A stretch of 60,490 bases of DNA, filler included, from Jimgerdemannia flammicorona (GCA_003990765.1; 2 parts of 2 records of this genome joined end to end with filler, not necessarily neighbours in it); one strand, 5' to 3'; positions 1-14,600 are shown, counted from the first letter of the whole stretch. A program made the numbers and translations. Notes: generated by a model not told the origin, from the sequence alone.

Positions 1-410
1 CCCCTACCCCTTCTCGATGAAAAACCACTTTATCAAATACTATCGCCACCTGCCCACCACTCTGAAAACTCCTCCTTCTATCAAGTATCTCAATCTAAAG
101 TTTAATATAATATTCCTTTTTAAGATATATTATTACACCACTTAGAATCTTGGAAAAAACCACTACCACACCTCAGCACTTCAGGACCAGACTCCAGCTC
201 AGTCTCATACCTCACCAATACTCACCAACTACTAGCCCACTGGTCATAAATCCTATTCTACCTATTGATACTTAATGCTAATACTAATGTCAAAGTTTAA
301 ATACCCAATAAAAGCCTGTCCCACTTCTATATTGCAGGTCCCCATTGCACCTTCCCCTCATTATCTCACCAATGTAGACCAATGCAGTGAGCCCCAACAT
401 ATAAGCAATG
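1..410 (-). mobile_element. Decayed 3' fragment of the LINE family (ORF2 C-terminus)
   Basis: 1-65 aligns by eye with 11640-11705, and 140-400 with ~12180-12450, of the full-length LINE. Many transitions and an internal deletion. Confidence 0.6.
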
Positions 411-824
411 TCTATCTCAACTAAGATTTACAAAAAAAGGTATAAATAACTATTATTACTATTCACTATCTCAACAATTTAAAAGAACTTTAAGACCAAC
501 TACTCTTACCCCTACTAAAGGAAGTCCCAAAGTTCTGTGATCAAAAAAGACCTTCAAGAATCCATGAACCGACTACCAGAAAATGACTGAAATAATATAC
601 AATGACAACATAATAACGAATGATCAAGTCACATGACCAATAACTCGAAAATGACTTTAAAGTACTCTGAGACCATAAGACGCACTTCTACAAGTGACAC
701 ATTGAGCCATGCTTGAAGCAATAAGAGATACAAATCGCATGCCACAATATCTTCAGAACTTCTGAAATATGCTCACATATAAAATGGAAAAGGTAAGCTT
801 ATGATCCTGTTACGGCCGGCTGTA

Positions 825-3800
825 TTAATACGATTTCCTCCTCAACTTTGAAAACTCATCCTCGGGAATGGCAGCCTGTTGTCCACCTTGATGCCTTGAC
901 ATAAAACAGTAGATATCCTTCTTCAACTCCTCGCCTTCATGCTTCATCTTTAAAATCTCATCAACGACATCAACATCGGGCTTGTACCGCGAGGCAGTGT
1001 CAAGGCTGATGAGGAACAAAAGGATCTTCGGGAAAATATCGAGGTTGAGCCACTCCTGAGGTGTCATATAAAAGATCTCTATCTCAGATATCAGCTGCGC
1101 TATATGCATTACCCATACGTTCTCCGCCCGCTGAAATGCTGCCGTGTACTTGTTATTCAAAGTGCGATAAGCAGGTTGAATAGCAAGATCCCTGTTGTGA
1201 GCAAGAAAATGACGCAATAAATATCCGAAGCCCAGTTTAAGCCATCAATGTTTTGAGAATGCTCTGTAGTCCTGGGTGAGCACAAGGAAGATGGATTTGG
1301 CAGAGATCCAGATGGGAGTGAAGTGGTTCATGACATTATCAGGGACAGGGACTGCATTGGGGACAGCTGGGTCAAGTAGGAGTGGGAGAACGCCACAATG
1401 ATGACAAGTAGGAACCAGAGAAATGGGAGGATACCGTATCTGACGTTCAAGACAACATTGACAAAAATGCCCACAGATTTCAAGATGCGAGTTTGGATGA
1501 GCTGGTGTGCCAGATATATAACACGAGAGGAATGTGTCAGAATGGCAGGAGGAAGTTTTAGTGGTGTGAATCACAAGAGAGAGGCGATAACTCACAAAAT
1601 GAATCCACAGGAGGAATATGGTGAATGACATCTGCTGTTGGGGAGGTGGCTGAGGCAGCTCAATGATGTTATTAGGGGCAGTATGAATGCCCTGAGATTG
1701 ATATAGTTGTAGGCCGACCAGAAGTAGCCGAGTGGGGAGTAGATCATTTGACGTAACTCGTTGAATAGATATAACAAACACAGCGTTACAACTGCATGGA
1801 AGAGGCCACGGATCTGTGGGCCGATGGGATCTGCCCACCCTGGAGCTATCGCAATGCCGAAATAGATGAGGATCAGAACTTGTAATGTTGCAATGCTAAT
1901 AAAATGCCACATCACGAATTTCCGTCACTAAAATAATAAATATAAACCGAAAATTAAAAGTTATTTCACTGAGCAGGAATGACAAACTTCCAGTCACCTA
2001 AGATGTATCTCTGCGATAAAAGGAATCAGGCTCACTTTAAAGTCAATAACGGCCTTCCAAAATGGGATGCCGAAAACATCTGAGTTATGGGCCGCAGCAA
2101 TCTCGGTGAAGGGGCTGCAAGGAAAAAACTAATCTTTTAAGAACCCACTACTGCTATACCAACATAGGTTTGGTAGGGGTACTATGAAGCTCTTGAGCTG
2201 GTCCATGGAACCAAACCATGATCCTCTATCACGCAAAGCCTCCTCACTAATGGGAATAACAGGTTTTGTAACAACCGAGATAAAAATGATCCAAAACTGT
2301 AGGAGGATGTCAAAAAACAGAGGAACCAAAAACAATAAAAGTTTTAGAGGAAATAGTAGAAACCTAAACAATCTGAAATCGAAAGAGATGTCGTTTTTCA
2401 TAGTGAAAAATGGCTGATATTTGTCAAATTCTAATGCCCTCAACATCTAGAGTAGGAAGGAAACACATCTTTTTCAAGTGTTTGATAATGTCATCAGGAT
2501 ATTCATGAATAAGGATGGGGCAAGACACTGTCACTGGTTCCATAAAGCCGATATTTTTCGTTTCATCAGCACACTTGGTTAAATAATTTAACACTTCCTT
2601 GACACTGGCTGTCTCCCGTAACCTGGTCATGTTGGCGAGAAATCCCTTCCCGATGGGGGTGTTGTCAACAGAGAAAAACCTTTTGCTCTTGATAGTTTCC
2701 AAGACCTGATATGTCACACTCATTGCGCCGACATATTATAAGTAAATACGTCCAGCAGCTGGAAAAACGCGTTCATCAACAAGGTCGGATGCTTTCGAAA
2801 CATAATTTCTGCGAATATTAATATGTACAACTGACAGGGCAGCGAGTCAGAATAGGACTTCGGCTGTATGCTGATCAAGTGGTGCAGGTACTCCTTGAAG
2901 TCTATCGCTGCCTTCATACTATAGGCATTGAGTTCCACGATAATGGTCACCTCACGACCATCATTCTCTTCATGACCGTCGTTCTCTTCATGACTGTCGT
3001 TCTCTTCATGACCATCGTTCTCTTCACGGTATGTCACCGCGAAGGACGTCAAATCGTTGCACGCTCGGACTTGGCTGATGTTATACAGTGGTATGCCATT
3101 CTCGCGAGGGACCATCCAAGCCAGTAGCAAGTTGTGAGAGCACGCGTAGAAAGGCGAAATGGGTCTCGTGACGTCGCTCCTTGGGTCGCGACTTGTGAAC
3201 CTGTATCATATGGGGTCCCACCATCAAGGTTCAATGCTCATCGAGTTTGTAGAATTTAAATTTCCTTGCATCCTTGGTTTCATAGATTTCATGGTTAATG
3301 TTAGCATAACGTAATGTGTCCACCTTATTTTTGGGAAGCTCATCAAATTCGTTAAAAGGCTCCGGTAATGACTTTAAAGGCTCGGGTGTCAATTTCTGCA
3401 TTTCAATAGCATTTAGATCATCGTTGGATACGACGACTAGTCGACATACCACGGGCTCTCTACGCTCCCCCAAAACTGAAAACACCACATGCAGCGAGGA
3501 TGTCATCAGCAGAGGCTCGATTTTCACATCACGGATGGTGCTGAGGAGAAAGTCCCAGAGCCGGAATGACTTTCCATCTCCGCCCCTCGGCGGCAGCGAG
3601 CATCTTTGTCCGTATACAAACTGCACCGGTTCCCAACTGTTGTCCGTTTCAGCAACCATGCAGCCCGTCGGTATACTGGAGCATTGGCTGTCCACCATTG
3701 TCATCACGATGTAGCAGCTGTCGGGGGAAATGACTATCTGCTGAATGTCACTCGGGTATTGCCTATCTGTTGCAGGGCGCCAGTGTCCACAGACTATGTC

Positions 3801-5996
3801 TGAGCAACCACTTTTTTAGAAGAGACGTCGAAAAATGCAAAATGCGTAGGGCCGATCATCATCCGCAATTCCCTAACCTCCTGCTCTTTCAGCATGTTCA
3901 TGGAGACCCGGCTCACCAGGACGAAATTGGGATCGATGGGCATGTACATTCTTTTCACCACCTTAAAGTCTGGGCGAATGGAGATGATCTTCACAGAGAA
4001 CTTGTTCCACCACTCGTTTTTCCGATGGGTGGTAGTGGTGTACAGGAGAACACGGCCAGAGAGTTGGTGTCCAGTAGAGCGTGCTTGAAGTTCTGTTTAG
4101 ACAAGAAATGCAACTTGCCAAAATAGGGGATTTCATTGGGTGAGGAGCATGAGGAGTAGTCACCTGAGGAGTAGTTGTCATCGTAGTAGTAGACAGGCAT
4201 TGCGGAGGCATGATCACTGGTCGGTGAGACATTCAGGAAGAGAATAGGCTTAGACTTGGAGCTGGAGAATATGAGATATTCTGGGCTGCCAGGCGTGTAC
4301 TCTACAGTGACGTCTTTAGGTGACAGGCTCGGGGGGAATGAACTTGACAGGCTGGGAGAATACCAGGTGGACTTGAGGAGAGAGCAGCTCCCACACAGTG
4401 ACCATGCGTCGGTAGGGCTATATGTCATGGCATACTTGTAGTTGCATGATATCTTCATCACTTCAATTGGAGATTTATGAGGACTCTGAGACTCTGATGC
4501 ATAATCAATTTTTAGATCGCTTATAAACAAGTGAGCAATGATGGCCCTGAGTGGCAGAGATTGATGCCGATTCAGTGATATTGATGACTTTGTTGGAATT
4601 TTTTAAATTCATGTCCAGTGCTAAAAATGGTGATGTCGGAATATTTGAACTCATCCGAAAGAGTGTGATTGCCCAAGATATCATCTCTGACTTTTGTGGC
4701 TGTCAAAGGATCCCATAACGTTAGAGTGTATTTCGTGTTGCTGCCATCTATTGTCATCAGGAAAAAAATCACTATTGATCATAATGAACTTCGTACCAAC
4801 AACCTTCATATCATCTATATCTGAGCAGTTAGCTTCGCAAATGGAGATCCCAGTCTGTGTGGTGAAAATCTTCAATCCGTCAGTACCATAGAATGTGATG
4901 AGATTGTGGGATGCGTCATAGTCGTATTTGTCATTCATATTAAATGTGTAGCAAAATGTTTGCACCAAACTCCTGGTCCGGACATTCCACATTATCGTGT
5001 AGTCAGGACTACCATACCATTGAAAATGGTGCTACCCTAGCGGTTTCAACAGAGGTTTGCCATCGACCACAGGTTCTGAATGACCTTCGAAGGCCCTAAC
5101 ATTCAATTTTTTTTCTATCAAACGTATGTGTCAACGATTGCGATTTCATGTTCACCATAAAGAGGTGTTCGGAATCCAGAATCAGAAGAGTGTGGCCATC
5201 ATCCAGAATATGGACATGACCGACAATACTCCGCTGACGGGCGACATTATCCAGACGAGTATAACTGTTTTTTGTGTTGATGCGCAGGAAAATAACTTTA
5301 TGGTTGTCCGAAGTAAGGCTGGTATGATAATGGGTGAGAACGAGTTGGGCCATTGGTTGTTGGATGTGTTCGAAATGGCAAGGCTGAACTGGGCATGAGG
5401 GAACCCTAGTGATGAGCTATGAACTTCCTCGGATATACACTGGAATCTGTCGACTGTCAAGACACCACAATGAAAGAATTCTATCATCTCCACGAAGGAA
5501 GCCGCGTAGAGGCAATCCGGTGAACACTCATACAGTCCAATGGGAACCTGGTGTGGAAGGTGAAAAAGGCTGACGGTTTTTATGCCTGAACTTGGTGGTT
5601 TTTATTTTGAAGTCAGGACTTGACTGTACGAAGCGGATGGCAGGATACAAACTGTAGGGAAGACATCCTTTTCTCACAATCTCTGTTGATATAAAAAAGA
5701 AACAGTAAGAAGACAATTTTTCGGGATAGTGTATTGGATGGATATCATTGTCTTAGCACTCTACCTTTTCCTTCCCCATCATTCTTAATGATGAAGCGTG
5801 TCATGCCAAATCCAATCGTAATACTACCATCTGCTGTGATTGGGTCGTGGGCATACAACATGTTGTCGAACTTTAAAGACCCTATCAGCGGCTCTAAGCT
5901 CCACGTCACATTTTGCTTGAAATCTGTACTGGACCATATTTCGGTAACAAATCCTAGCCAAACGGCGCTTCAATAGGCGAAATGATCAGCAAGGGG
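825..5996 (-). pseudogene. Large TRP-like ion channel gene (N-terminal WD40-like region, C-terminal TM/pore/TRP-box region), multiply frameshifted
   Basis: A chain of overlapping minus-strand ORFs: WD-like segments (MWNVRTRSLVQTF, HVHILDDGHTLLILD), hydrophobic helices (1592-1915), a pore-like segment (NHFTPIWISAKSIFLVLTQDY) and a C-terminal 'AQLISEIEIFYMTP...FPKILL', resembling the TRP-like family expanded in Mucoromycota. A probable splice acceptor (ttctcatag) lies at ~5997; the 5' exons are not visible. Confidence 0.65.
2956..3026. repeat. 18-bp tandem repeat x4 (encodes EENDGH/EENDSH)
   Basis: Unit gaccRtcRttctcttcat, repeated four times inside the TRP-like gene. Confidence 0.9.
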
Positions 5997-6045
5997 CTAT
6001 GAGAATAAGAAATAAGATGGTATTGGATACTCAATTTGAACATCC

Positions 6046-7185
6046 CTACCTAATAAGAGGGAGAGTATCCTCCCAGACTTCAAACATGCTATCTGTATAT
6101 GGGTCACTGCTCACTATCTTCCCAGCCTCATCCAGATCCTTCTCTACATCCCCTCCTCCTGTTCCTGCCCAGGCACTTGCTTTCATGCCCCCAGACTCCT
6201 CAATGCCACCAGCATCCTTCTTCATCCTTTCTTCCAGACTCACTAACAACTCCCTCTGCCTCTTACACCCTTGAGACCACTCCCACAGTCTCTTGTCAAT
6301 GCAGACATACTTCTCATCCACAATCTCCAAATGTGTCAACTCCATATACTCCTTTCAAGCCTTTGCCCTCCACTCTACTATTTCACTCATCTCCTCCAAT
6401 ACCTCCAACAAATCCTCCTCCTCCTCCTCACTCTTCTTTACCCTTGTTACCTTATATACAAAAGCCCCCCACATCATTACTGATGGCCAATAATGAGTCT
6501 TCCCAGTAGTCTCCCTCTCTGTCAGCTGAAGCCAAACATCAATATCTCCTGTTCTGAATGAGGTCTCTTCTCAGACTTGAAAGCCAATATCAACCACCTC
6601 TCCATACTCCACCATGATCTCCTCTACTCTTCTTTTCATCTTTATAGCCATCATCATGAGCACTCTTTTTACCAGAAGCTGTATCACTCTGGGGTCTCAC
6701 CTCAAGCATCATGCCATTAGAACACACACCTCCCCAATAGTCAACTCTGTCTTCAGTACAGCTTTCAAAAGCTCAGCCTCTTTAAAGCCCACCTTCACTC
6801 CTTCTAAGTCCCTCAGAAACTTCACTGATACTGCTCTATCTATCTGCTTTGCAATCAGCCCCAAGACCATTTTTACTATCACTATCAAGCTCTAGAAGTA
6901 CAGCATAACTATGAACTCTGAGATCAACTTCTTAAGTAATAGTGCTACTACCAGATTCATTATACCATCAGCCAGATCACTAGGCCTCATACCTTCCTCA
7001 TAGCTCAGTCCACCATCAGTAGTCCAATCTAGATTTTTTTTCAGATTATCTGTCATACTCTTATCAGCAGTTACCCCCCCCAGCTATCACACCACCAGCT
7101 CCACTACTCTGGCCCCTCAGAAGGACTCTCTTTTGAAGCTATTGTCCTATAGTCTTTATCATCTCCTTATCTCTCCTCAGCCAAC
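6046..7185 (-). mobile_element. Decayed LINE ORF1 fragment
   Basis: ELTHLEIVDEKYVCIDKRLWEWSQGCKRQRELL matches ORF1 at 15122-17155 (DLTHLEVVGGRCIHMDKKQWEWVQRCKRQKELL). Contains stops. Confidence 0.85.
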
Positions 7186-7189
7186 CCTA

Positions 7190-8930
7190 AGGTAAAAAAG
7201 GGGGACTTGCTATCAGATTGGCATTTTGAGAAAGGTCCTAAAACAAACCAGATTTTATTGGTTATTTATTTTCACATAAATTTGCTAACTGAATATTTCA
7301 AGTATAGATTTTGGCCATTATGACAGACAATACCACAAATAACTCAACATTTTTCTATATTTTAGCAGCCAGCCTCAAACAGGAAAACATGGCCTTCAGT
7401 GCAGAAAGCTACCATGTACAATGCCAGGCTCACATACTAAACCTTACTGTTCAGAACTATCTTATATATGTAGACAAAACATCTGAGAGAGGAGGGGCCC
7501 TAAGTATAATTTCCAAGCTATGCAAACTGGTTGTATCAGTCTGATCATCCCCACAATGATGAGACAAATTTGCTGCACAGTATAGGGTGATTAGTTTAGC
7601 CCCAAAAGAGCTTATATTAGATGTCTGTATATGTTGAAACTCAACATTTGTAATGATCCAGCATATGCTGAAGTTTGCTGTGGTATGCATTCTTTTTTTC
7701 TTCAGTCAGCTGAAGTAACTTGTTTCAGATAATTGAAGATTTATTTTAAAAAAACAAAAAAAAAAAACAAAAAAAGCCAATAGATTCAATAGTGGCTACT
7801 AATAAGGAAATATGGGCTGAGGCTCTAGGTGAAAGCAAGTGAGACATACTTAGAAATGTTATCAGAGTTTTGGAAGTAAGTAGTAATTGCTCTGGCTCCA
7901 TACTCATTTTGTCTACCTCTATACTCATTTTGTCTACCTCTGTATAATATAACACCTCACTATATATAACTGCTAGTATTTTGATGATTATATGAAGGAT
8001 ATAGTCAAACAAATGACCCTGATAATAAGCTCTACAATATCAGTATACAACCTTCTGATTGACCAGCTAGAGGACAAGCTTGAGAATAGGCTAGAGGGTT
8101 GTGGTGATTTATGGTTAAGCCCAGATCAGAGAGATGCCATAGAAATTGCTCTAAGTAAGCTCAGAAAATACTACTCCCAAACAGATACTACTGTATACTC
8201 AATCAGTATAGATATATTGATATTGGCATGTGGCCATTGCCCCTTCCAAAATAGAGAAACTCCTACAAAAACTCACTCTCCTTTTTTTCAAACAGTGCTG
8301 GACCTATGCTTAAAGCTACAATACCATAAAGATCAGGGCTGAGAGCAGCACTTCATTAAGAGAACCAAGTAGGCTATAATTGAAGTGTACCAGAAAAACT
8401 ATGTACCACTACAAGGTTCTAGCTAAAGTCCAGATAAATATGCTAAAAGATCCCTCCTGTCCCACATTTACTTCAGCAGAAAGAGAAAGAGGGAGCTGTC
8501 AGTGGAAGAGCTGCTGTCAATAGATGAACTTACCATTTACCTTGCCAGCGACTATGTGATCCTGCTGGAGGGTGCAGAGGTGCTCAACTGATAGAAAGTG
8601 GGTTGTCAGGCAGGCATTGGGCCAATTTAACCCACCAATCTAACTACTGCTCTACTCACTAGGGTGTGTAGCTGCATCAAACAAAATTCTCCAGCCTATA
8701 TGGTATGGCTCAGAACTATCTGGCAATTCCTGCCTCCAGCACTCTTGTTGAGCAGATGTTCTCAGGTAGAATGAACCTTGTTGCCCCAAAGAGGTATGTG
8801 CTAAATACTGAGACAATCCAGGTATATATGTATCTGAAGTCTTGGTGGGGCTTAGGCCACTAAAATTTGGCAGGTCCTGGGGGTTTGCAGATAAGTTGGT
8901 TGGCCTTATGAAATAGTTAATATCTTTCAA
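7190..8930 (+). mobile_element. hAT-superfamily transposase relic (5'-truncated, apparently intron-containing)
   Basis: Motifs 'IMTDNTTNN' (catalytic D), 'CQAHILNL' (CxxH), 'ELILDVCIC*NST' (DVxTRWNST) and 'AIPASSTLVEQMFS' (hAT dimerisation region). Contains stops; CpG-depleted. Confidence 0.85.
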
Positions 8931-9019
8931 AAATAATAAAAAGGGAAAAAAAACCTGAGAACTTGGCCCAGAGTTTGTGGCCTAAGTGAGGCAGTGGTCA
9001 GTAGATTGGCAGTGGTGAT

Positions 9020-9505
9020 AGAGAGAGCATGTAATATTTGTAGCCCTCTGCTAGCAGCAAGGGGCAGTCTCAAGCTATCAGTGCCTGAGATGGTGGGTGG
9101 GTCAGTAGATAGGTCAGTGAGTGGGCATGAGATCAGCAGAGAGAGTATGCAAAATTTGTGGCCCTCTGCTGGCAGCAAGGAGCAGCCCTAAGCCACAAGT
9201 GTCTGGGTTGGGGGGGTTGGTGGGGGGGTAGAGGGGGGGGTAGGTAGAGGGAGTATGCAAAATTTGCAGCCCTCTACCAGCAGCAAGGGGCAGCCCCAAG
9301 CTGTCAGTATCTGAATCAGTAGGCAGGATCAGTTAGCAGGGTTGGTGGACATGGGGTCAGTGGAGGGAGCATGCAAAATTTGCAGCCCTCCGCTGGCAGC
9401 AAGGAGTAGCCCCAAGCTGCAAGTGTCCAGAATGAGTGGGGCAGGCAGAGGGAGTGTGTAAAATTTACAGTCCTTCACCAGTGATATAGGGGCAGCTCCA
9501 AGCCA
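9020..9505. repeat. Five dispersed ~50-bp GC-rich repeats, probable hAT subterminal repeats
   Basis: Motif gagYatgcaaaatttgcagccctcYgctggcagcaaggRgcagccccaagc at ~9024, 9143, 9251, 9367 and 9452, directly downstream of the transposase. Confidence 0.75.
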
Positions 9506-9526
9506 CCAAGAAGTCAGGGGCAGAGA

Positions 9527-9874
9527 GTGCTCCTGATAGTTGGAGGGTGCTTCTGATAGTCATGGGGTGCTTTTAGTAGTCAGAGAGCATTTTCAGTGGT
9601 CAGAGGGTACTTCTGGCAGTCAAAGCCCATCATAGATTTAGACCCCATTACCAGTTTGGGTCTCACAGACACTCTGGCCCTGCACTGCAGTACTATACTG
9701 AGTAGGGCCAAGGGGCCAGTAGAGCCCTACATAATGGCTAAGCTAGTACTACAGAAGAAGTGCTTGGCCCAACCCCCTATATAAGACTGCCCAACCTATA
9801 CAAAATAACTGCCTAACCCTTATAAAAGATTGCCTAACCCTCATAAAAGATTGCCTAACTCTTACAAAAACTGC
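9527..9874. repeat. Two short minisatellites (~20 bp x5 at 9527-9620; ~21 bp x4-5 at 9782-9874)
   Basis: Units gtgcttctgatagtcagagg and aaaagattgcctaacccttat, both imperfect. Confidence 0.7.
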
Positions 9875-11136
9875 TCCACCTATTGGTCCCAGGCCTTGAT
9901 AAGTCTATCATCTATTGTGAGTATGACAACTATTGTATCCAAGCTCTTCTCAAAGGCAACAGTATTATGGTAGTTGTATGGTTAGAAGAGGACAGCCATG
10001 TTAGCTATAAACGGAACCCTGAAGTCATAGGTGAGATCATACCAGACTCCACCACTATTCTTCCAGATTGGGCCCTTCCTTTCTAGAATGTAAAATATTA
10101 CCAGAGTGACATTGTTGTCTGTGTGTGTGGATAGAGAAATGTTGTACCTGATGTATCCTGATATGATATGAGCATATAGTTGGGTGAACCCTTGGCCCAG
10201 GACCTCATATTGCTAGACTATACTGGTGGATGCCTGCTCTTGGTCCAGCCCCAGGAGCCTTGGCTTGAAACCCTACCAAAATGGATGGTAACTGGTCAGT
10301 CCCTTTTGTGTGCAAGAAGGCAGAAAACCCCTGGACTACAAAAACCCCTGGGCTGCAGCACCCCAAAAAAGTGAAGCTCCTTACCTCATATGGCACACTA
10401 AATTGTACCAAAAATGTACATATAGCTGTGCCAAGATCACCACCAAGCTGACCTGCTATATGTTCTATCAATCTGCTCAAAGAACCCCAGATCATAGCTA
10501 CCATCACCATATAGACTGTATTGTATTCATGTGCAGTTTGCTCTTTAATAGTACTTCTAAAGTTCTGGTAGAGGTACAGAATCTTGTGCATCTCTGGAAT
10601 TGTATCAAAAAAGAGTATATCAGCAAAGAGTGTGATTTATCTGGAGAGGAGTAAAAAAAAAGGGAGATGAGTACAGGGGATTTCAGAACTCTGGAACCCA
10701 CTTTTACCAGTATTGCAGTATATCTGATTCTCATCCAAACCCCCCCTCTTTGCTTTTTTCACACCCTCTTTTCTGTCACCTGGTATTTGATGCAATTCTT
10801 ATAAATCTCATTGATGTGGTGGTAAAGCTTGTCACCATAGAGGTTCTTTATCACCATCACAACTACCTCTCTGTATTTGTTAATAATAATATAGTTCTCT
10901 TCACCATTGGTTACTCCTGCTGGCCAATGGACCCCTTGGTCAAGAACAATTAACTCTGATTTAAATGTAGACCCCCAAGCCTTGATGACAATGCTAGTAC
11001 TGCTCATGCTAAACATCTTGCCCCTGGATTTCTCTATTTTATCAGACACTGGATGTGGTTGAACTTGGGTAACTTTGAACTCTCCTTTTCAATAGAACTG
11101 AGCCCTAATCTGAGGGACTGAGATAAGTATATGAAT

Positions 11137-11288
11137 GGGTTGCATACAGACAGGTTGTATGCAGATAGGTTGTATGAGATAGGTTGCATACAGATAGGTT
11201 ACATGTAGATGGGTTGCATGTGGACAGGTTGTATATGGGTGAGTTGTGTGTAGATGGATTGCATGCAGACAGATTGTATGTGGGTGTG
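11137..11288. repeat. 15-bp minisatellite (~10 copies) within a putative intron
   Basis: Unit ggttgYatRcagata, repeated imperfectly. Confidence 0.85.
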
Positions 11289-11609
11289 GGTATTTTTTAG
11301 AGGGAGACCATATAAAAAATAAAATTAAATAAAACATAAAGATGGGTATTTTAGAAAAAGAGCATAAGTGAGTGAGTGAGTGAGCTGCATACTGGTGAGT
11401 TGTATGCCAACAAGTTATATGAGTTGTACAAGATTGCTCACAAAGGCTTGCTTCTGTTCCTTTTGAGACCTCTACCACATGATACATTGACTCAACAGCT
11501 CAGCCACTAAAGGCATGTTTTTTTTTTTTTTTTTTTTTTTTATAGTCACTTGGACTCTCTTCCTTTATTAATACCTATCTATCCCATATAATTACAATGA
11601 TCCCACCCC

Positions 11610-14600
11610 CTATCCAATCCCCCTAGGGGGGCTCCCCCCCCCTACTCCTTCTCTGTAAAAGACTACTTTGTCGAACACTATTCCCACCCTCCCACCACTC
11701 TGCTCACAGATCTTCATCACCAAACCACGATGTCATCCTCTCTGAGGACCCCAACCCACCCACCATCCGGTCAGTAGATCCCCCACCAGCTCCTCCTATC
11801 TTAACACCTTCTCATGTAGTCCCAACCACTGCCCCTCCTCAAATACAAAAAGCCAATGGCCCGTCAGTCCCACCTATACTACTAACATCCATCCTATAGT
11901 GAGCCAACTATCCCCCATCCCACCTACAAGCCGAGATCTTAAGTCCTCCCAGTGACCCCCCTCCCCTACCCGCCAATGCCCCACATCCAGTCTATCCCCT
12001 ATCTCAGCCCAAAATTCCCCCAAGACCTCACACTCTCTCAGCCAATGTTCCAGCATCTGTACATGACCCCCAGCCTGCCCAACATTGTAACACTCCTTAC
12101 AGTCAAATTGTCCACCCTCTACTAAATGCCCTGAGTGGAAATTCAGCATGACATTCCTTTGCAACATTCGCCACCATACCATCCAGAACTTGGGAGGAAG
12201 CCACCTCTGTACCTCAGCACTCCAAGACCAGATGCCTGCCCAGTCCCACTTCTCTCCAATTCCAACTGCCTGCCAGCTACTTGGCCAAAGGTCCTGGCCA
12301 AGCCCCTGCTGATACTCCACTCTCTCCCCAATATTGAATGCAGCCAGTGGAGTACCCCTCAGGAGTAGTCTATCCCAATGCCACATATTAGGCCCCCATG
12401 CCACCTCCCCCTCGTTATCTTGCCATCGCAGGCCAATTTGGTGTGCTCCATTGGCCACTCCCCACCAAAAGCCCTTGAACCGCAGCCTCCGAATGCCATT
12501 CAGCCCCACTAAAGAGAGCAGATCTCCGGAGGACCCTTGGGGGGATGTTCACATCTCCCATACCTTCTGCAGCAGAGGCACCCAACCTCTGCCCTGCAAT
12601 TCCACAGCTCTCTTCAACCACCAGACTCTCAAGCAGTACAGCCTCTTAGAGAAATCCACCAGGCCAAGACCTCCCCTGACTACTGGTCTCGCAAGAGTAT
12701 CCCAACTGACCTGGGACCTCCTCCCCACCTAAATCCAATCCCTAGCCACCTTCGTCAGCTTCTTCACCACCCACGCTGGGAAGTTAAGGTAATATGCCAC
12801 ATACTACAGCTTTGGGAACCAATATACATTCAGGATCGACACCCACCCTGCTAGAGAGATATGGCGGCCTCCCCATCCTCAAAGGGCCTCCCCCCAACTA
12901 TTCACCCTGCCCTCCCACCACACTCATGGCAAGACAGAACCATATACAGAGAGGAAGATGCCCAGATACCACACCACCTTACCAGTAGGGACAATTGTTC
13001 CAATGATGTCCCCACCCACTAGCCCATTCCCTAGCACCATTGTCTCACACTTATGCCAGTTGAGTTTTGCTCCCAAGTGAGCCTCATACCATTCCACAGT
13101 CTCCTGAAGTGCCTCTACATCTGCCACAGACCCAAGTCCAACCACCATATCATCAGCAAAGGCCCCCACCTTCCACACTATACTATATATAGAGAGCCCT
13201 GCTACCTTCTGACGAATCCTATCCATCAATGACTCCAGTGACAGGGCATAGAGAATCAAGGATAGAGGGTCCCCCTGAGGTACTCCTCTTCCCAAGAGAA
13301 ATGCCCTCCCATAGTGACCATTACATATCAGAGCTGCCTGACTACTTTCCAGCAGACTCAATATAGAGGCCCTAAATGTTGGGGGAACACCAATTCAGTC
13401 CAACACCTTTCCCAGCCACACCCACCATATATGGTCATAGGCCTTCTCCTGGTCTAGAAAGACCAACCTTCCATCCAGTCCATAGGCCCGGGCCCCTTCA
13501 ATGACACCATGAACCCATGCAGTCCCATCTCTTATTAGTCTGCCCCCAACAAAGCCCCTCTGCTCTTCCCCTAGCACCTGTTGGGCAACCTTCTGCAGCC
13601 TTGCAACAATCATCTTAGTCACCATCTTCCTGTCTATATCCAGAAGCATGATCAGCCTCCAGTTCTTTCAGTCTTCCCTCCTTCCCTTGTCTTTGTACAG
13701 TAAGGCCACCAGCCTCAGATCCTGCTCTCCAACTCACTCATCACTCTGAAGGACATGGTCACAAAGATCAGCCATCTCGCCCAATACTCTGGAGATATTT
13801 ATCATCTTCTTCCAGAAGTCCCAAGGCAATTCATCCTCCCCTGGCACCGTCTCAAGCTTAGTTGCTGCCAGGACACTCTGGATCTCCTCCCCCTGCACTG
13901 GTAAGATCAAGTCCCTCAGTCCAGCAACCTGTGGTGGCCCCCACTCATCTAGTGTATTTACAATCTCTGCCTCATCTGCACCCCCTTCTCCCTCACTCTA
14001 CAAACCCTGCCATCTCTCCTTCAAGACCCCCAGGATTTGTTGCATGCCATGAATCATGTCCCCATCAGCATACAGGACCCCATCCCACCAATGACACACT
14101 CTTCTAGCTTTGAGAAGTCTCGATAAGTACCTAGTAGGCTGCTCACCCTCCTCAAGCCCCTGCCACCACAGCCTAGCAGCCATGCCCCGCATATGGGTCT
14201 CCTCCTCTTCCCTCAGTACCTGTTGTAGTTCCACTATCTCCAATTTCGCCCTCTCTATCCTTCAATCCTCCACCCCTACAACAGTGAGCAAATCTGCCCA
14301 ATCTATTTGTAGTCTCCTCAGCCTGCTGGAAGCACACCTCATGTGCCTCCTTCTCTGCCTCCCAGCCTCTCTACCAGCCTCTCCCCAATAAACCCTTGCA
14401 GCCCTCCAGTGATCAGACCATGGGCACCACTCTACTTCCAATGCCTTTCAAACATCCAAACCCCAGCACTCCACCATCAGAATCCAGTCAATCCTTATGC
14501 CTAGGCCATTCACTCAATGCGTATAAACCCTGGTATCACCCCACCTCATTCTGCCCATATCCCCCAAGGAGCTCAACGTCTCTACCTCCTCCCATGTATC

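Noticed and set aside
420..800. Possible solo LTR ending in TGTTAC
   Set aside because: The composition is LTR-like, but no partner LTR, TSD or clear left boundary was found.
9020..9505. Regularly spaced ~50-bp repeats resembling a CRISPR array
   Set aside because: Repeats are degenerate, spacers are low-complexity and similar to each other, there are no cas genes, and the context is eukaryotic next to a hAT transposase.
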